A DNA stretch of 64,000 nucleotides from Polyangiaceae bacterium (GCA_033763455.1 JANRKO010000070.1:14855-78854); one strand, 5' to 3'; counted from the first letter of the stretch, positions 18,834-28,019 are shown. The notes: generated from the letters alone by a model not told the origin. Translations and numbers: made by a program.

Positions 18834-19381
18834 GTCTTGCTGGGCGACGGCTGGGCTATACAGGGCGACGAAGAATCCCCCGAGCCGGCGCCCGCCGCTC
18901 CAACCGTTGGGGCTGTAGGAAGGAAAACGACGCTGGTTGCCGTGGCACTCGCACAGGGCGTTTGCGTAGCAGGTTGAGCAGCAGGTTCTTCAGACTCAAC
19001 TTTGGGTGCCGTGTGGATGGGTTGATTGGAAATACGGCTCTTGCGTTGGGCCGACTCATCGAGCGCCGACCGCTGGAGCTCATTGCCCAACGCCGTAAGC
19101 CCCAAACCGGCCCCAGCTACCAATGCGCGTGCAGCTTTTGGATCCGAACCGCCTTGGCAACGCACTTCCGTATCTCCTGGAAGGGAACCTTTCACCTCCC
19201 GACAGCCACCAGGCTCCTTTGCCACTGCAACTGCGGCGGCCACGGCGACCACGCCCGCAGCGGAAAGCGCCTCCCCCGTGGTCTGCTTGGAGCCACAGCC
19301 AGCAGACGCCGCAAGCGCGCCAACCGCCGCCCAGCGGCTCAGGTGAAGCCACACGCCGGAAACGCGGGGGAAGCTCATCAA
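18821..19381 (-). CDS. Hypothetical lipoprotein
   Basis: Lipobox SAGC after hydrophobic stretch; low-complexity C-terminus. Confidence 0.5.
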   Translation of the reverse strand: MMSFPRVSGVWLHLSRWAAVGALAASAGCGSKQTTGEALSAAGVVAVAAAVAVAKEPGGCREVKGSLPGDTEVRCQGGSDPKAARALVAGAGLGLTALGNELQRSALDESAQRKSRISNQPIHTAPKVESEEPAAQPATQTPCASATATSVVFLPTAPTVGAAGAGSGDSSSPCIAQPSPSKTQRW

Positions 19382-19386
19382 CCGAC

Positions 19387-19533
19387 CTAACTTTGACGCG
19401 TTGTAATGCCTGAACGGGAGGCAACGGCCTTCTTGCGCTTCATCAAGAGAAACGGCAGCAAGAGGACCCCACCGGGCGCAACCACGGCAACTGCCACCGC
19501 AACCCAGAATGCTCCTTTTGCTATCACGGCCAT
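19387..19533 (-). CDS. Small hydrophobic peptide (48 aa)
   Basis: MAVIAKGAFWVAVAVAVVAPGGVLLLPFLLMKRKK; hydrophobic hairpin with basic tail; directly downstream of sigma54-like site. Confidence 0.45.
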   Translation of the reverse strand: MAVIAKGAFWVAVAVAVVAPGGVLLLPFLLMKRKKAVASRSGITTRQS

Positions 19534-19548
19534 CTTGACGAACCTATA

Positions 19549-19564
19549 AGCACTGAACGTGCCA
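19549..19564 (-). promoter_or_regulatory. Sigma-54 (-24/-12) promoter candidate
   Basis: TGGCACG-TTCA-GTGCT with exact GG-N10-GC spacing. Confidence 0.5.
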
Positions 19565-19739
19565 TTTGCAGAAACCTGAAGCGCTCTTAGTAATCCGCGC
19601 ACAACTTAGTGTAGCACGCCCCAAAGGAGACTGAGGTCGAGCGAATAAGTCCGGATCACTGTGTCAGAGGTGGCACGCGGCGTGTCGGCTCTGAGCCACA
19701 CCCAGCACGCGGCGCGTCAGGCCGACGTCGCTGCAACGC

Positions 19740-20627
19740 TTAGTCCGAAGGCATTCCCATCACGTGGTAACCCTTGTCCACATAGAGTGTTGTGCCGGTA
19801 ATTCCCGAAGCGAGCGGGCTGCAAAGAAAGGCGGCAGAATTGGCGACTTCCTCAGGCGTGAGCTGCTCGGTGAGCGGCGCGTTCTTCGAATAGTAGCCGA
19901 TGATGTCGTGAATGATCCCGGTGACACTGGCGGCACGCGACGCGTACGGCCCCGCTGAAATCGTGTTCACGCGAATGCCATACTTGCGCCCGGCCTGGTG
20001 CGCTAATACCCGAGTGTCACTTTCGAGCGCAGCTTTGGCCGCGTTCATGCCGCCGCCATAGCCCGGGATCACCCGCTCGCTCGCCAGGTAGGTCAAAGAC
20101 ACCGTAGCGGCACCTGGGGGCATCAGAGGAGCAAAGCGCTGGATCATGGAAACCATCGAATAAGCGCTCACGCTCATGGCGCCGAGGTAGCCGAAGCGGC
20201 TCGTTTCCAGCAGGGGCTTTTGCACTTCCGGGCCGTTGGCGAGTGAGTGCACCAAAATATCCATCGATTTTTCGCCAAAGTCGGCAAGCCACTGCTGCTT
20301 CAAGCCATCGATCGTGAAATCCCCGCGGCCGGAGTAGCGTTTGCTCCCTCGGATATCCTCCGGCACCTCCCCAAGCGTGTCGAATGCCGCATCCAGCGGG
20401 TAGATCCGCTCGAACTGCATCAGGCTGCCTTCGCTGAGCTTGAGCGATTCATCCAGTTTGCCCCGCCGAAGCAGGTTTTCCAGGATCCCAAGCGCCGGAG
20501 GCCACGTTCCAAGGCACACATTCGCACCGGCTTCGGCGAGGGCTTTGGCTATCGCAAAACCAAAACCTTTGTCGTCCGCCACCCCGGCAACAAGCGCCCG
20601 CTTACCCTTCAAATCAATCTTCAACAC
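19740..20627 (-). CDS. fabI: Enoyl-ACP reductase (plant/chlamydial-type FabI)
   Basis: [53 protein letters not shown]. Confidence 0.93.
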   Translation of the reverse strand: MLKIDLKGKRALVAGVADDKGFGFAIAKALAEAGANVCLGTWPPALGILENLLRRGKLDESLKLSEGSLMQFERIYPLDAAFDTLGEVPEDIRGSKRYSGRGDFTIDGLKQQWLADFGEKSMDILVHSLANGPEVQKPLLETSRFGYLGAMSVSAYSMVSMIQRFAPLMPPGAATVSLTYLASERVIPGYGGGMNAAKAALESDTRVLAHQAGRKYGIRVNTISAGPYASRAASVTGIIHDIIGYYSKNAPLTEQLTPEEVANSAAFLCSPLASGITGTTLYVDKGYHVMGMPSD

Positions 20628-20744
20628 GGGGTGGCGTTATCGACCCATCGGGGCCGTCGTGGCAAGCCCCGCGTGGCTCAAAAACTAGCAACGGGCGAGA
20701 TCGGCAGGCCACTTTACCCTCCGCCTTTGTGCTAGGACCCTGCC

Positions 20745-21731
20745 ATGGCACACGGCCTCCGCCACTTCGGTATCCTCGGGCAAGTTGTCCTCCTCGGAGC
20801 CGCCCTCGTTAGCTCAAGCGTCGCCCACGCGAGCATCGTGGAGCGCATCGTTGCGGTAGTGGGAGAAAAGCCAGTCCTTTTGAGCGAACTCCGAGAACGC
20901 GCACGGCCCTTGATGCTGCGCGTCTACGCTCAAAGCCGCAGTGCGTCGGAACGAGCCGCCGGGCTCTCCCAGGTCTACCAGCACACGCTCGACATGATGA
21001 TCGACGAGCTGCTGGAGCAACACGCCGCGAGCGACGCCGACATCAAGGTCACCAAAGAAGACGTCGATCGGATGCTCCAAGTGGTGGCTTCGCAAAATCA
21101 GCTCACCGTGGAGCAGCTTCTGGCCGAAGCGAAGAAGAGTGGCCTCGAAGAAACAGCGTATAGAGAAGAGCTCAAACGTCAGACGCTCGCTCTCCGAGTT
21201 TCGGAGTGGCGCTTTCAGGGACGCGTTCGGGCCACCGAAGACGACATTCGTTCGGCGTACGAAAAAGCCGTGGCCGATGCCGAAGCTGGGCGGATGCTCC
21301 GGATCGCGTGGATTGTGGTGAACACGGGTCGCGGCAGCCAAAGGGTTCCTGAGAAAGCAGAGAAGGTCCTGAAGGTGGCTCAGCTCCTACAAAGCGGCGC
21401 GGATTTTTCCGACGTAGCCAAGCAGTACTCGGAAGACGAAAAGAGCGCACCGATTGGCGGGCTCTTGGAGGACACCACTCGCTCCAAGCTGCCGCTTGCC
21501 TTGCAGAAGGCTGTGGATGCGCTTCAGGTTGGCCAAGTCTCGAACGCTATCTCGGTCGCGGCAAATACGGTGTTCGTGAAAGTAGTGGAACGCGCTCCGC
21601 TGCAATTGCCATCCTATGAAGAAGCGCGCGCTGGGTTGGAGCAGCAGGTTCGCAGCCAGAAGATCAACGAGGCGCGCAAGCAGTGGCTGAAGACGCTGCG
21701 TCGGCGTACGCACGTTGAAGTTCGGTTTTAG
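20745..21731 (+). CDS. surA: SurA-family periplasmic chaperone/PPIase
   Basis: Signal peptide, VERIVAVV..VLLSEL, GADFSDVAKQYSED..GG, LQVGQVS. Confidence 0.82.
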   Translation: MAHGLRHFGILGQVVLLGAALVSSSVAHASIVERIVAVVGEKPVLLSELRERARPLMLRVYAQSRSASERAAGLSQVYQHTLDMMIDELLEQHAASDADIKVTKEDVDRMLQVVASQNQLTVEQLLAEAKKSGLEETAYREELKRQTLALRVSEWRFQGRVRATEDDIRSAYEKAVADAEAGRMLRIAWIVVNTGRGSQRVPEKAEKVLKVAQLLQSGADFSDVAKQYSEDEKSAPIGGLLEDTTRSKLPLALQKAVDALQVGQVSNAISVAANTVFVKVVERAPLQLPSYEEARAGLEQQVRSQKINEARKQWLKTLRRRTHVEVRF

Positions 21732-21883
21732 CTGAGCACCTGGCAGGGGTGCGGGCGCACCAGCCCGACAAATTGACAGACGCCCCTCGCTGGTCGCCAG
21801 CCTGGCAGCCATGCGGAGCGGCCCAAAAAGCGCCGCGACCCGGCGAGCAGCCTAAAATGGCTACCATCCGGCAACTGACTTCG

Positions 21884-21899
21884 TGGCACACTCCATGCT
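21884..21899 (+). promoter_or_regulatory. Sigma-54 promoter candidate
   Basis: TGGCACA-CTCC-ATGCT, GG-N10-GC, immediately upstream of 21912 gene. Confidence 0.45.
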
Positions 21900-21911
21900 A
21901 ATCACGGCCGC

Positions 21912-23747
21912 GTGAACGATTCTTGGGTCTCACGTGCGGTCTTGCGAAATCTTTGGCTGGGGTTGGTGCTGGCGAGCAGCATGGCATTTTCGGGGCGAGC
22001 GGCGGCCCAAGCAGAGCCGACCATCACACTCGGAAAGGAAGGCGCAACGCGCACGGGCGAAGTTCGCGCCACCGGCAACCGGCCGCTTTGGATCAATCGC
22101 GCGGACTGCGATTCCAACAACGACCTTCAGATCCCGCTAACGCTCACCAATTTCAACGGACTCATTTTGGAGGCGTGGGCGGGCAAGCAAGACTGCACGA
22201 CGCTCGAAGCGCGGAAGACCAACGGCGGGTGCGTCCAGCTACTTGACCCTCCCCAGCCGGACAACGCGATTACCGTAACGGTCAAGGCAAGAGAGCTCAT
22301 TAAAGCTGCGTTCCCAATGGCCGACGATGCCACGTTGTGCTCCACAGCTCAGGAGCAGGCTAGCCCGGTTTCGATCAACATCGACATCATGTTGCTCGAA
22401 AGTCCCTCCACGCCAGTGAAGGGAACTCCGTTCAAGTTTACGGAGACCAAGATCGATTTGGTTGGGCCTGTCCCTCCCACGAATGTGTCCACGGGAATCG
22501 GTGAATCCCAGCTCGTCGTCAAGTGGACAGCCAACGATTCGGCGAACGATACGGTTACTGGTTATCGTGTTTACTGCGAGCAACTCGGCGATACTGGGCA
22601 GACGGGAGACTGTACTCCGAGTATGCTGATGGAGGGGAGAACACCCGATGCGGGCCTCGTGTGCGGTGAAGTAACAGGCGCAACTTCCGCCGATGCCCCC
22701 ACAAAAGATCTGGTGAACGGCGCACGCTACGCGATCGGCGTCCTCGCAATCGACGATGCCGGCAACCTCGGGGGCCTTTCAAGCGTAACCTGCGCAACCC
22801 CGCAAGCCGTCACCGACTTTTATGAAGCCTACAGAGAAGCAGGCGGAGAAGCAGGCGGCGGGTTTTGCTCGTTTACGCCTTCACAAGGTGGGCCACGCGC
22901 GGCGGGTTGGGGCTTTGCGTTAGCACTCATCGGCTTGCGTCTTCGGCGCGGAAAGCGGTCGAGGTTGGGAGCGTCACAGCTACTCACCGTGGCCCTCATC
23001 GCGCTAGGCATGAGCCACTCGACTCGAGCCCTCGCCTTCGACAACTATCGCGGGTCGCGCGCGGCTTTCGGCGCAGACGGCGGCGTTGTGGAAAAGCCCG
23101 TTGGCGTGGAGCTTGGCTACAACGGAATGTACGAACTCCGTTTTGGCCCTTACGCACCCAAGATCGACGATGAATTCTCAGGCACTGGCCCCTACGAACA
23201 AATCTTCGGCAATAAGAAGCGCGTGCTTTTGGGGTTCGAAGCGGACTGGCAGGCGCTGCAGGTTGACCGAATTGCCAGCCTGGGCCCCGGCATTGGCTTT
23301 GGCGTGACGCAAATGAGCGGTAAAGCACCGCTCACGGACGGCAGCGGCGTGTCCGCCCAGGAAAACGCCATGACCATTTTACCGATGTATGGCGTCGGCG
23401 TGTTGCGCGTCACCGTGCTTCAAGATCAATTGCGCGTACCGCTGGTGCCCTACGCGAAAGCAGGCCTCGGCTATGCACTCTGGTGGACTACCACCGCCGG
23501 AGAATTAGCGCGCGTCGACGGCAAGAAAGGGCGAGGATCCTCCTATGGGCCCCAGTGGGCGGCAGGGCTCATGCTGAATTTGGGTTTTCTGGACCGCTCA
23601 GGCGAAGCCGAACTGCGCACTGGCCCGGAATTCGAAAGCGCGTACCTGTTTGGCGAGTGGCTCAGCAGCGATCTCGGCGGCTTTGGCAAAAAAACGCTCA
23701 ACGTCGGCGCCAATACTTGGTTTTTGGGGTTGGCGCTCCGCGATTAG
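21912..23747 (+). CDS. FN3/MYXO-CTERM protein fused to MXAN_2562-like outer-membrane beta-barrel
   Basis: INRADC, FN3-like W..GYRVYC..AIDDAGN, DFYEAYREAGG, GGGFC-TM-RLRR; then ELRFGPYAPKIDDEF, PLVPYAKAGLGYALWW. Confidence 0.75.
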   Translation: MNDSWVSRAVLRNLWLGLVLASSMAFSGRAAAQAEPTITLGKEGATRTGEVRATGNRPLWINRADCDSNNDLQIPLTLTNFNGLILEAWAGKQDCTTLEARKTNGGCVQLLDPPQPDNAITVTVKARELIKAAFPMADDATLCSTAQEQASPVSINIDIMLLESPSTPVKGTPFKFTETKIDLVGPVPPTNVSTGIGESQLVVKWTANDSANDTVTGYRVYCEQLGDTGQTGDCTPSMLMEGRTPDAGLVCGEVTGATSADAPTKDLVNGARYAIGVLAIDDAGNLGGLSSVTCATPQAVTDFYEAYREAGGEAGGGFCSFTPSQGGPRAAGWGFALALIGLRLRRGKRSRLGASQLLTVALIALGMSHSTRALAFDNYRGSRAAFGADGGVVEKPVGVELGYNGMYELRFGPYAPKIDDEFSGTGPYEQIFGNKKRVLLGFEADWQALQVDRIASLGPGIGFGVTQMSGKAPLTDGSGVSAQENAMTILPMYGVGVLRVTVLQDQLRVPLVPYAKAGLGYALWWTTTAGELARVDGKKGRGSSYGPQWAAGLMLNLGFLDRSGEAELRTGPEFESAYLFGEWLSSDLGGFGKKTLNVGANTWFLGLALRD

Positions 23748-23858
23748 CAAAAACACAGGAGCTGCTCTCACGTTCGCGCTCCGTAAGATCTCCGGTACCT
23801 TCCCGGCTCTCCTCCCGTGTGGGCGTTGCGGGTGAGCCTGCAAAGCGCTAGCGCACAT

Positions 23859-24338
23859 TTAGGTTAACTCCCTATCAGACGTCCACCATCCCCGTAAAGA
23901 CCTAATCCGGTGGCATAGATGTTGATTCGGATCTTGAGGGGTACCCTGATGTCGATCCGGCTCCGCGCCCGCGCGAGGGCGCGCCACTTTGGGGAGTTTA
24001 GGCGAGCGCGGAGCTCGACTTTCTGAGGCGAGGCGCGCGCGAGTCCTCAGTTGTTAAAGGATTGGCAGAGCTTCGCCTCGCCTCAGAAAACCGAGCCAGT
24101 TTGAGGAGTGACATGGACCGTGTGGGCAACGTGACGTCAGACGGTGCAGACGGCGAGCGCGGCCAAGCGGCGCCGGGAGGCCACAAAGTCGATCAGGCGT
24201 TCTGCCGCGCAAGCGATACGGAGCACGAGCTTTCCGGCGTGTTCGCTGAGGCTGCCGGCGAAGTGGTCGCGATCTGCCTGATATGTTCTTCTTAGGTTAA
24301 CTATTAGCAAACTTCGACTTTCCCGTAAGTCCCCAATA
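23859..24338 (+). repeat. Two degenerate ~48-bp direct repeats (23859-23906, 24292-24337)
   Basis: Both start with identical TTAGGTTAACT and carry CAxACxTCxAC..TCCC(C)GTAA..CCxAAT; 433 bp apart. Confidence 0.7.
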
Positions 24339-24551
24339 GGGCTCGTTTTTGGAATTGGGCATTCACGAACCATTGCCGCCACTTCCGACTTATTTATCCC
24401 CAATCCCCAAAACGAGCTACCGCGCTGCCCGAGGCTTTTCTGGGTCGCAACCCCTCTGTTGCAGCGCGGAGCTGCCACGCACACGCCCGGCCCGCGGCTC
24501 CTGTACAGGAGACGCTTGGCGAGGGGCTAGCTGCCGCAACAAGCGGCAGCT
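23937..24551. ncRNA. Candidate structured non-coding RNA(s), family unknown
   Basis: Back-to-back inverted repeats incl. perfect 16-bp stem 24020-35/24074-89; no recognisable protein in ~1 kb gap. Confidence 0.4.
24113..24295 (+). CDS. Possible 60-aa small protein
   Basis: GAGGAG SD 4 nt before ATG; ends VVAICLICSS; no homology recognised. Confidence 0.3.
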   Translation: MDRVGNVTSDGADGERGQAAPGGHKVDQAFCRASDTEHELSGVFAEAAGEVVAICLICSS

Positions 24552-24778
24552 GGGGTGGGTATCCAACCAATAAGGTGATGCCCTCTACTCACTCAATGCG
24601 AATACTGGGCGAGGTAAATGAGTATGAAACGCCCTGCAACGATGGAGCAGCTTCTATCACTTACGCGCCGTGCTCTCGCCTTACCGCCGGACCAAGGACC
24701 CAACGATCACGCCGCAATTCGGATCATTCTCGCACCACGCTTTAGCCCCTGCCGCGGGATGAGGCCCCGCCAGCAGGC

Positions 24779-25630
24779 CTACAGCGTGCGAAGAAGCCGC
24801 CGAATGTGCTTCTGCTCCCAGGCAATGGCTCGCGTGTAGTCTCGGAAGAGGCTCTCACGTTCGCGAAATTCCGGCCCGTGCAAAACGACGTTTTTCCCAG
24901 AGCGCGTGGAACCCATATGGTGGTGAAGGAGCTCGTGATACACGACGTACGCCACGAAATACCTGGGCACCCAAGCGTTATCGAGTGCCGGATGCACGCG
25001 AATCAAACGCTCGCGTGGGCTGTACGAACCTAGCTTGATGGCCTGGCGCACGCCGTTCCTGGGCTGCGTGCGGCGGCCCCAGGTGATGAGCACAGCGGGC
25101 GAAGGCTCGCCGAGGTAGCGGCGGCTTACCTCGGCCAAGATCTTCAAAAGATTATGGTGCGTGCCCTGGGTGCGCACGGGGCCACTTACTGGCTGCGATG
25201 CCCGAATGCGGTGCGTATTTGCATGGATGAAGGCATCCACCACCGACGAGGCCTCAGGATCGTTGAACACAATGTACCGGGCCAGAGCCTCTTGGACGCG
25301 CTCCGGGGCACCGAGGAACATCATGTGCAGCCGCACACGCAGGCGGCCACCCTCCCGGGTCTGGGTGATCATTCGGCGCACATTGTCGGTAACGCCCAGC
25401 TGAACGGGGCCGTCGAACGCAAGTTCAAGCCGACGCTCGAGTGCCTGGCGCGCTCCCTCATGGACAAAGATCTGGGGACCGATAGCCGCAAACTGAAGCG
25501 GGAAGCGCAGCAGCGTAGGATGCGGAATGCGCACGGCCGATGGCGCCATGCGTGGAGCTCGAACGTAGCCCGGCCGCTTCCGCTCAGTGGCGGACTCGAA
25601 CCAGGGGAAGGCAACCGAAAGCTCTGTCAC
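24779..25630 (-). CDS. SprT-like/zincin metalloprotein
   Basis: ITWGRR, IKLGSY..LIRVHPALD..VPRYFVAYVVYHELLH..H. Confidence 0.8.
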   Translation of the reverse strand: MTELSVAFPWFESATERKRPGYVRAPRMAPSAVRIPHPTLLRFPLQFAAIGPQIFVHEGARQALERRLELAFDGPVQLGVTDNVRRMITQTREGGRLRVRLHMMFLGAPERVQEALARYIVFNDPEASSVVDAFIHANTHRIRASQPVSGPVRTQGTHHNLLKILAEVSRRYLGEPSPAVLITWGRRTQPRNGVRQAIKLGSYSPRERLIRVHPALDNAWVPRYFVAYVVYHELLHHHMGSTRSGKNVVLHGPEFRERESLFRDYTRAIAWEQKHIRRLLRTL

Positions 25631-25932
25631 AGTCTCTGAAAGTATGGCCTAAGGTCGGCCCGAAGTGTCGTCAAGAAATCCGAATTTTCCTTCTTATTTC
25701 GTAGACTTAGGCCCCCGCAACGACCCCAGCCTAGGCCCTCTCGTAACTCCGCCCAGCCACTAGGGAATCCCGCGGAGCCGCAGCGCTTGACGCTAGAAAC
25801 GCCAACCCCCTGAGCTCCTCCATCCGAGGAGCCTTACACGCTACATAGGGCGCCGATATTCCGTCACAGGCCAGAGACAGGGGGTAAACGACCCCATTTC
25901 CAGGAAGGAATGGGGCCGCGGGCAGGCTTCAA

Positions 25933-27117
25933 CTACGCGCCGTCTGGCCTTGCGGCGGGGCGACGGTTACTGCCGTTGGCCTTCGCCTCATCCCCTTTTG
26001 GGTTTGGGTCAGCCTTTGGAGCAACTTTGGCTCCCGCCTTAGCAGAGTCCTTGTCCGAATCGGCGCTGCGAGAAGCTTCAACCGGACCCGTGCCACGAAC
26101 GATCCCGTGGTGCTTGAGGACGGCGGCTTCCAACTTGGCGATGAGCTCGGGGTGTTGCTCAAGGTACAAGCGCGCGTTATCTCGACCTTGCCCAATTCGC
26201 TCCCCATCGAGCGAATACCAAGCACCCGACTTGGCGACGATACCGACATCAGCCGCCATATCGAGCACCTCACCCGAACGGCTCACGCCCAGGCCGTAGA
26301 GGATATCAAACTCCACTTCTCGGAACGGCGGAGCCATCTTGTTTTTCACAACCTTTACGCGCGTGCGATTGCCCACGACAGCCATATCTTTGCCAGCCTG
26401 CGCCACTGCTTCTTTGATGGCTCCAATGCGCCGCACATCCAGCCGCACCGACGCATAGAATTTGAGCGCATTGCCGCCGGACGTTGTTTCCGGGCTGCCA
26501 AACATCACGCCGATCTTCATGCGGATCTGGTTCGTAAAGAAAATCATGCACTGCGAGCGACTCACCGCGCCCGTGAGCTTTCGAAGAGCTTGGCTCATCA
26601 AGCGCGCTTGGAGGCCAACGTGCGAATCCCCCATATCGCCTTCAATCTCGGCCTTCGGCACAAGCGCCGCCACCGAGTCGACAACCACCAGATCCACAGC
26701 GCCCGAGCGTACGAGCATCTCTGCAATTTCCAGCGCCTGCTCGCCGTAATCCGGCTGGCTGATGAGAAGCTCGTCTGTCTTCACGCCTAACTTCCGCGCG
26801 TAAGTGATGTCGAGCGCGTGCTCTGCATCAATAAACGCTGCGACGCCGCCCTGCTTTTGCACGTTGGCAATGGCGTGCAACGTGAGCGTTGTTTTGCCGC
26901 TCGATTCAGGCCCGTAAATCTCAAGGATACGACCGCGCGGATAGCCCCCGATGCCAAGAGCTAGATCCAAACCGAGTGAACCCGATGGCACCACGGCGAT
27001 ATCCCCACCGATTTTTTCGCCATCTTTCAGGCGCATGATGGCGCCTTCGCCGAACTCTTTCTGCACGCTAGCAATGGCAACCTCTAGCGCGCGCCCTTTT
27101 TGCTTCTCGTCGATCAT
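25933..27117 (-). CDS. recA: Recombinase RecA
   Basis: [49 protein letters not shown]; start ATG 27117. Confidence 0.98.
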   Translation of the reverse strand: MIDEKQKGRALEVAIASVQKEFGEGAIMRLKDGEKIGGDIAVVPSGSLGLDLALGIGGYPRGRILEIYGPESSGKTTLTLHAIANVQKQGGVAAFIDAEHALDITYARKLGVKTDELLISQPDYGEQALEIAEMLVRSGAVDLVVVDSVAALVPKAEIEGDMGDSHVGLQARLMSQALRKLTGAVSRSQCMIFFTNQIRMKIGVMFGSPETTSGGNALKFYASVRLDVRRIGAIKEAVAQAGKDMAVVGNRTRVKVVKNKMAPPFREVEFDILYGLGVSRSGEVLDMAADVGIVAKSGAWYSLDGERIGQGRDNARLYLEQHPELIAKLEAAVLKHHGIVRGTGPVEASRSADSDKDSAKAGAKVAPKADPNPKGDEAKANGSNRRPAARPDGA

Positions 27118-27148
27118 GGCTTTCGTCTCCCGTTTAAGTCTGCGGGGA

Positions 27149-27177
27149 GTAGTACTGCTCTCTTGTTCAGGTGTCAA
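27149..27177 (-). promoter_or_regulatory. recA promoter with LexA-box candidate in spacer
   Basis: Minus strand TTGACA-N17-TACTAC; spacer on + reads CTGCTCTCTTGTTCAGG, 15/17 to M. xanthus CTRHAMRYBYGTTCAGS. Confidence 0.6.
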
Positions 27178-27366
27178 CTGAACGGGCTGACCTTCCCTGT
27201 CCTATCTGGGGGCTCCACCGCCAAGGTGCCAGGCATTTCATGCGCCAAAGCACGCTGGAGGCCTGCGATGGAATCGGACGCCCACCACGAGCCAGCTACT
27301 CGCAACACCCTCATGGCGTGCCTCCCAACCCCTCATACGTGTCGTGGGGCCTCGGGCCTTGTGGCC

Positions 27367-27873
27367 TCAAGTGCCAGATCCGGAATGCCCAGCATTGCCG
27401 GATACGCCGGCATGGCCCGAGGCACCCGCATTGCCTGCCGAACCACCACTACTTGACCCGCCAGCGCCTACACCCGGAGCGCCGCCCGTAACAGAAGGAC
27501 AGGGATTCAACATGACCGAACCGCCAGCGCCTCCTGAGGCGAGCGTGCCACCGGACCCAGACATACCTGCTGAGCCAGACATACCTGCTGAGCCAGACAT
27601 ACCCGCTGAGCCAGACATACCCGCTGAGCCAGACATACCCGCTGAGCCAGGCATGCCACCTGACCCCGAGGAACCCGGGGCACCACCCTGAGGACACGGC
27701 GAACCGCCAGCCCCAACGGAACCTCCGCTACCACCAGCAGTACTTCCTCCCGTTTCGCCCGGAGGAAGCGGCGTAGGACGAACTGGATAGCTGCTACACG
27801 CCGATGCTACGCCCGCGCCCGCGAGCAGTGCTGCGGCGGCCCACCCTATCCACTTCCAGTTCCTCGGTGCCAT
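27367..27873 (-). CDS. Gly/Ser-rich low-complexity lipoprotein
   Basis: Lipobox ASAC; GSAGMS repeats. Confidence 0.6.
   Translation of the reverse strand: MAPRNWKWIGWAAAALLAGAGVASACSSYPVRPTPLPPGETGGSTAGGSGGSVGAGGSPCPQGGAPGSSGSGGMPGSAGMSGSAGMSGSAGMSGSAGMSGSAGMSGSGGTLASGGAGGSVMLNPCPSVTGGAPGVGAGGSSSGGSAGNAGASGHAGVSGNAGHSGSGT
27557..27664. repeat. 18-bp coding tandem repeat, 5 near-perfect copies + 1 degenerate
   Basis: CCAGACATACCYGCTGAG x5 from 27557. Confidence 0.9.
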
Positions 27874-28019
27874 ATCCCACGCACCATTGCCTCTGTTGTG
27901 CAGTTAAAGTCAAGCGCTCTAGCGGGGGGATCTGGGGGGCAAGGGCTGCTGGAGTTGCCCTTTTTCGGCAAAACTTCACTCGCCTCCACGTTTGCGAGCA
28001 AAGCGAGCGGGCACCCGGG

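Noticed and set aside
23937..24100. Retron msr-msd reading of the long hairpins
   Set aside because: No reverse transcriptase (YADD-type) ORF in the window and no clear a1/a2 repeats enclosing the unit
24395..24403. DnaA-box-like TTATCCCCA
   Set aside because: Single mismatched copy, no box cluster or AT-rich unwinding region
23859..24470. Integron attC array or true dif site
   Set aside because: Stems are not bounded by RYYYAAC/GTTRRRY, no intI is present, and XerC arms with 6-bp spacing are not convincing
24618..24839. ORF with GAGG SD after the second hairpin cluster
   Set aside because: Overlaps the convergent SprT-like gene by 61 nt and has no recognisable features
25708..25790. Cobalamin-riboswitch-like words (CCCCCGCAAC, GCCACT, GGGAA, GAGCC)
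   Set aside because: On the strand opposite to both flanking genes, spacing and downstream elements do not fit, and no B12 gene is adjacent
27557..27664. CRISPR-like array
   Set aside because: Head-to-tail 18-bp units without spacers, in frame inside a CDS, no cas genes
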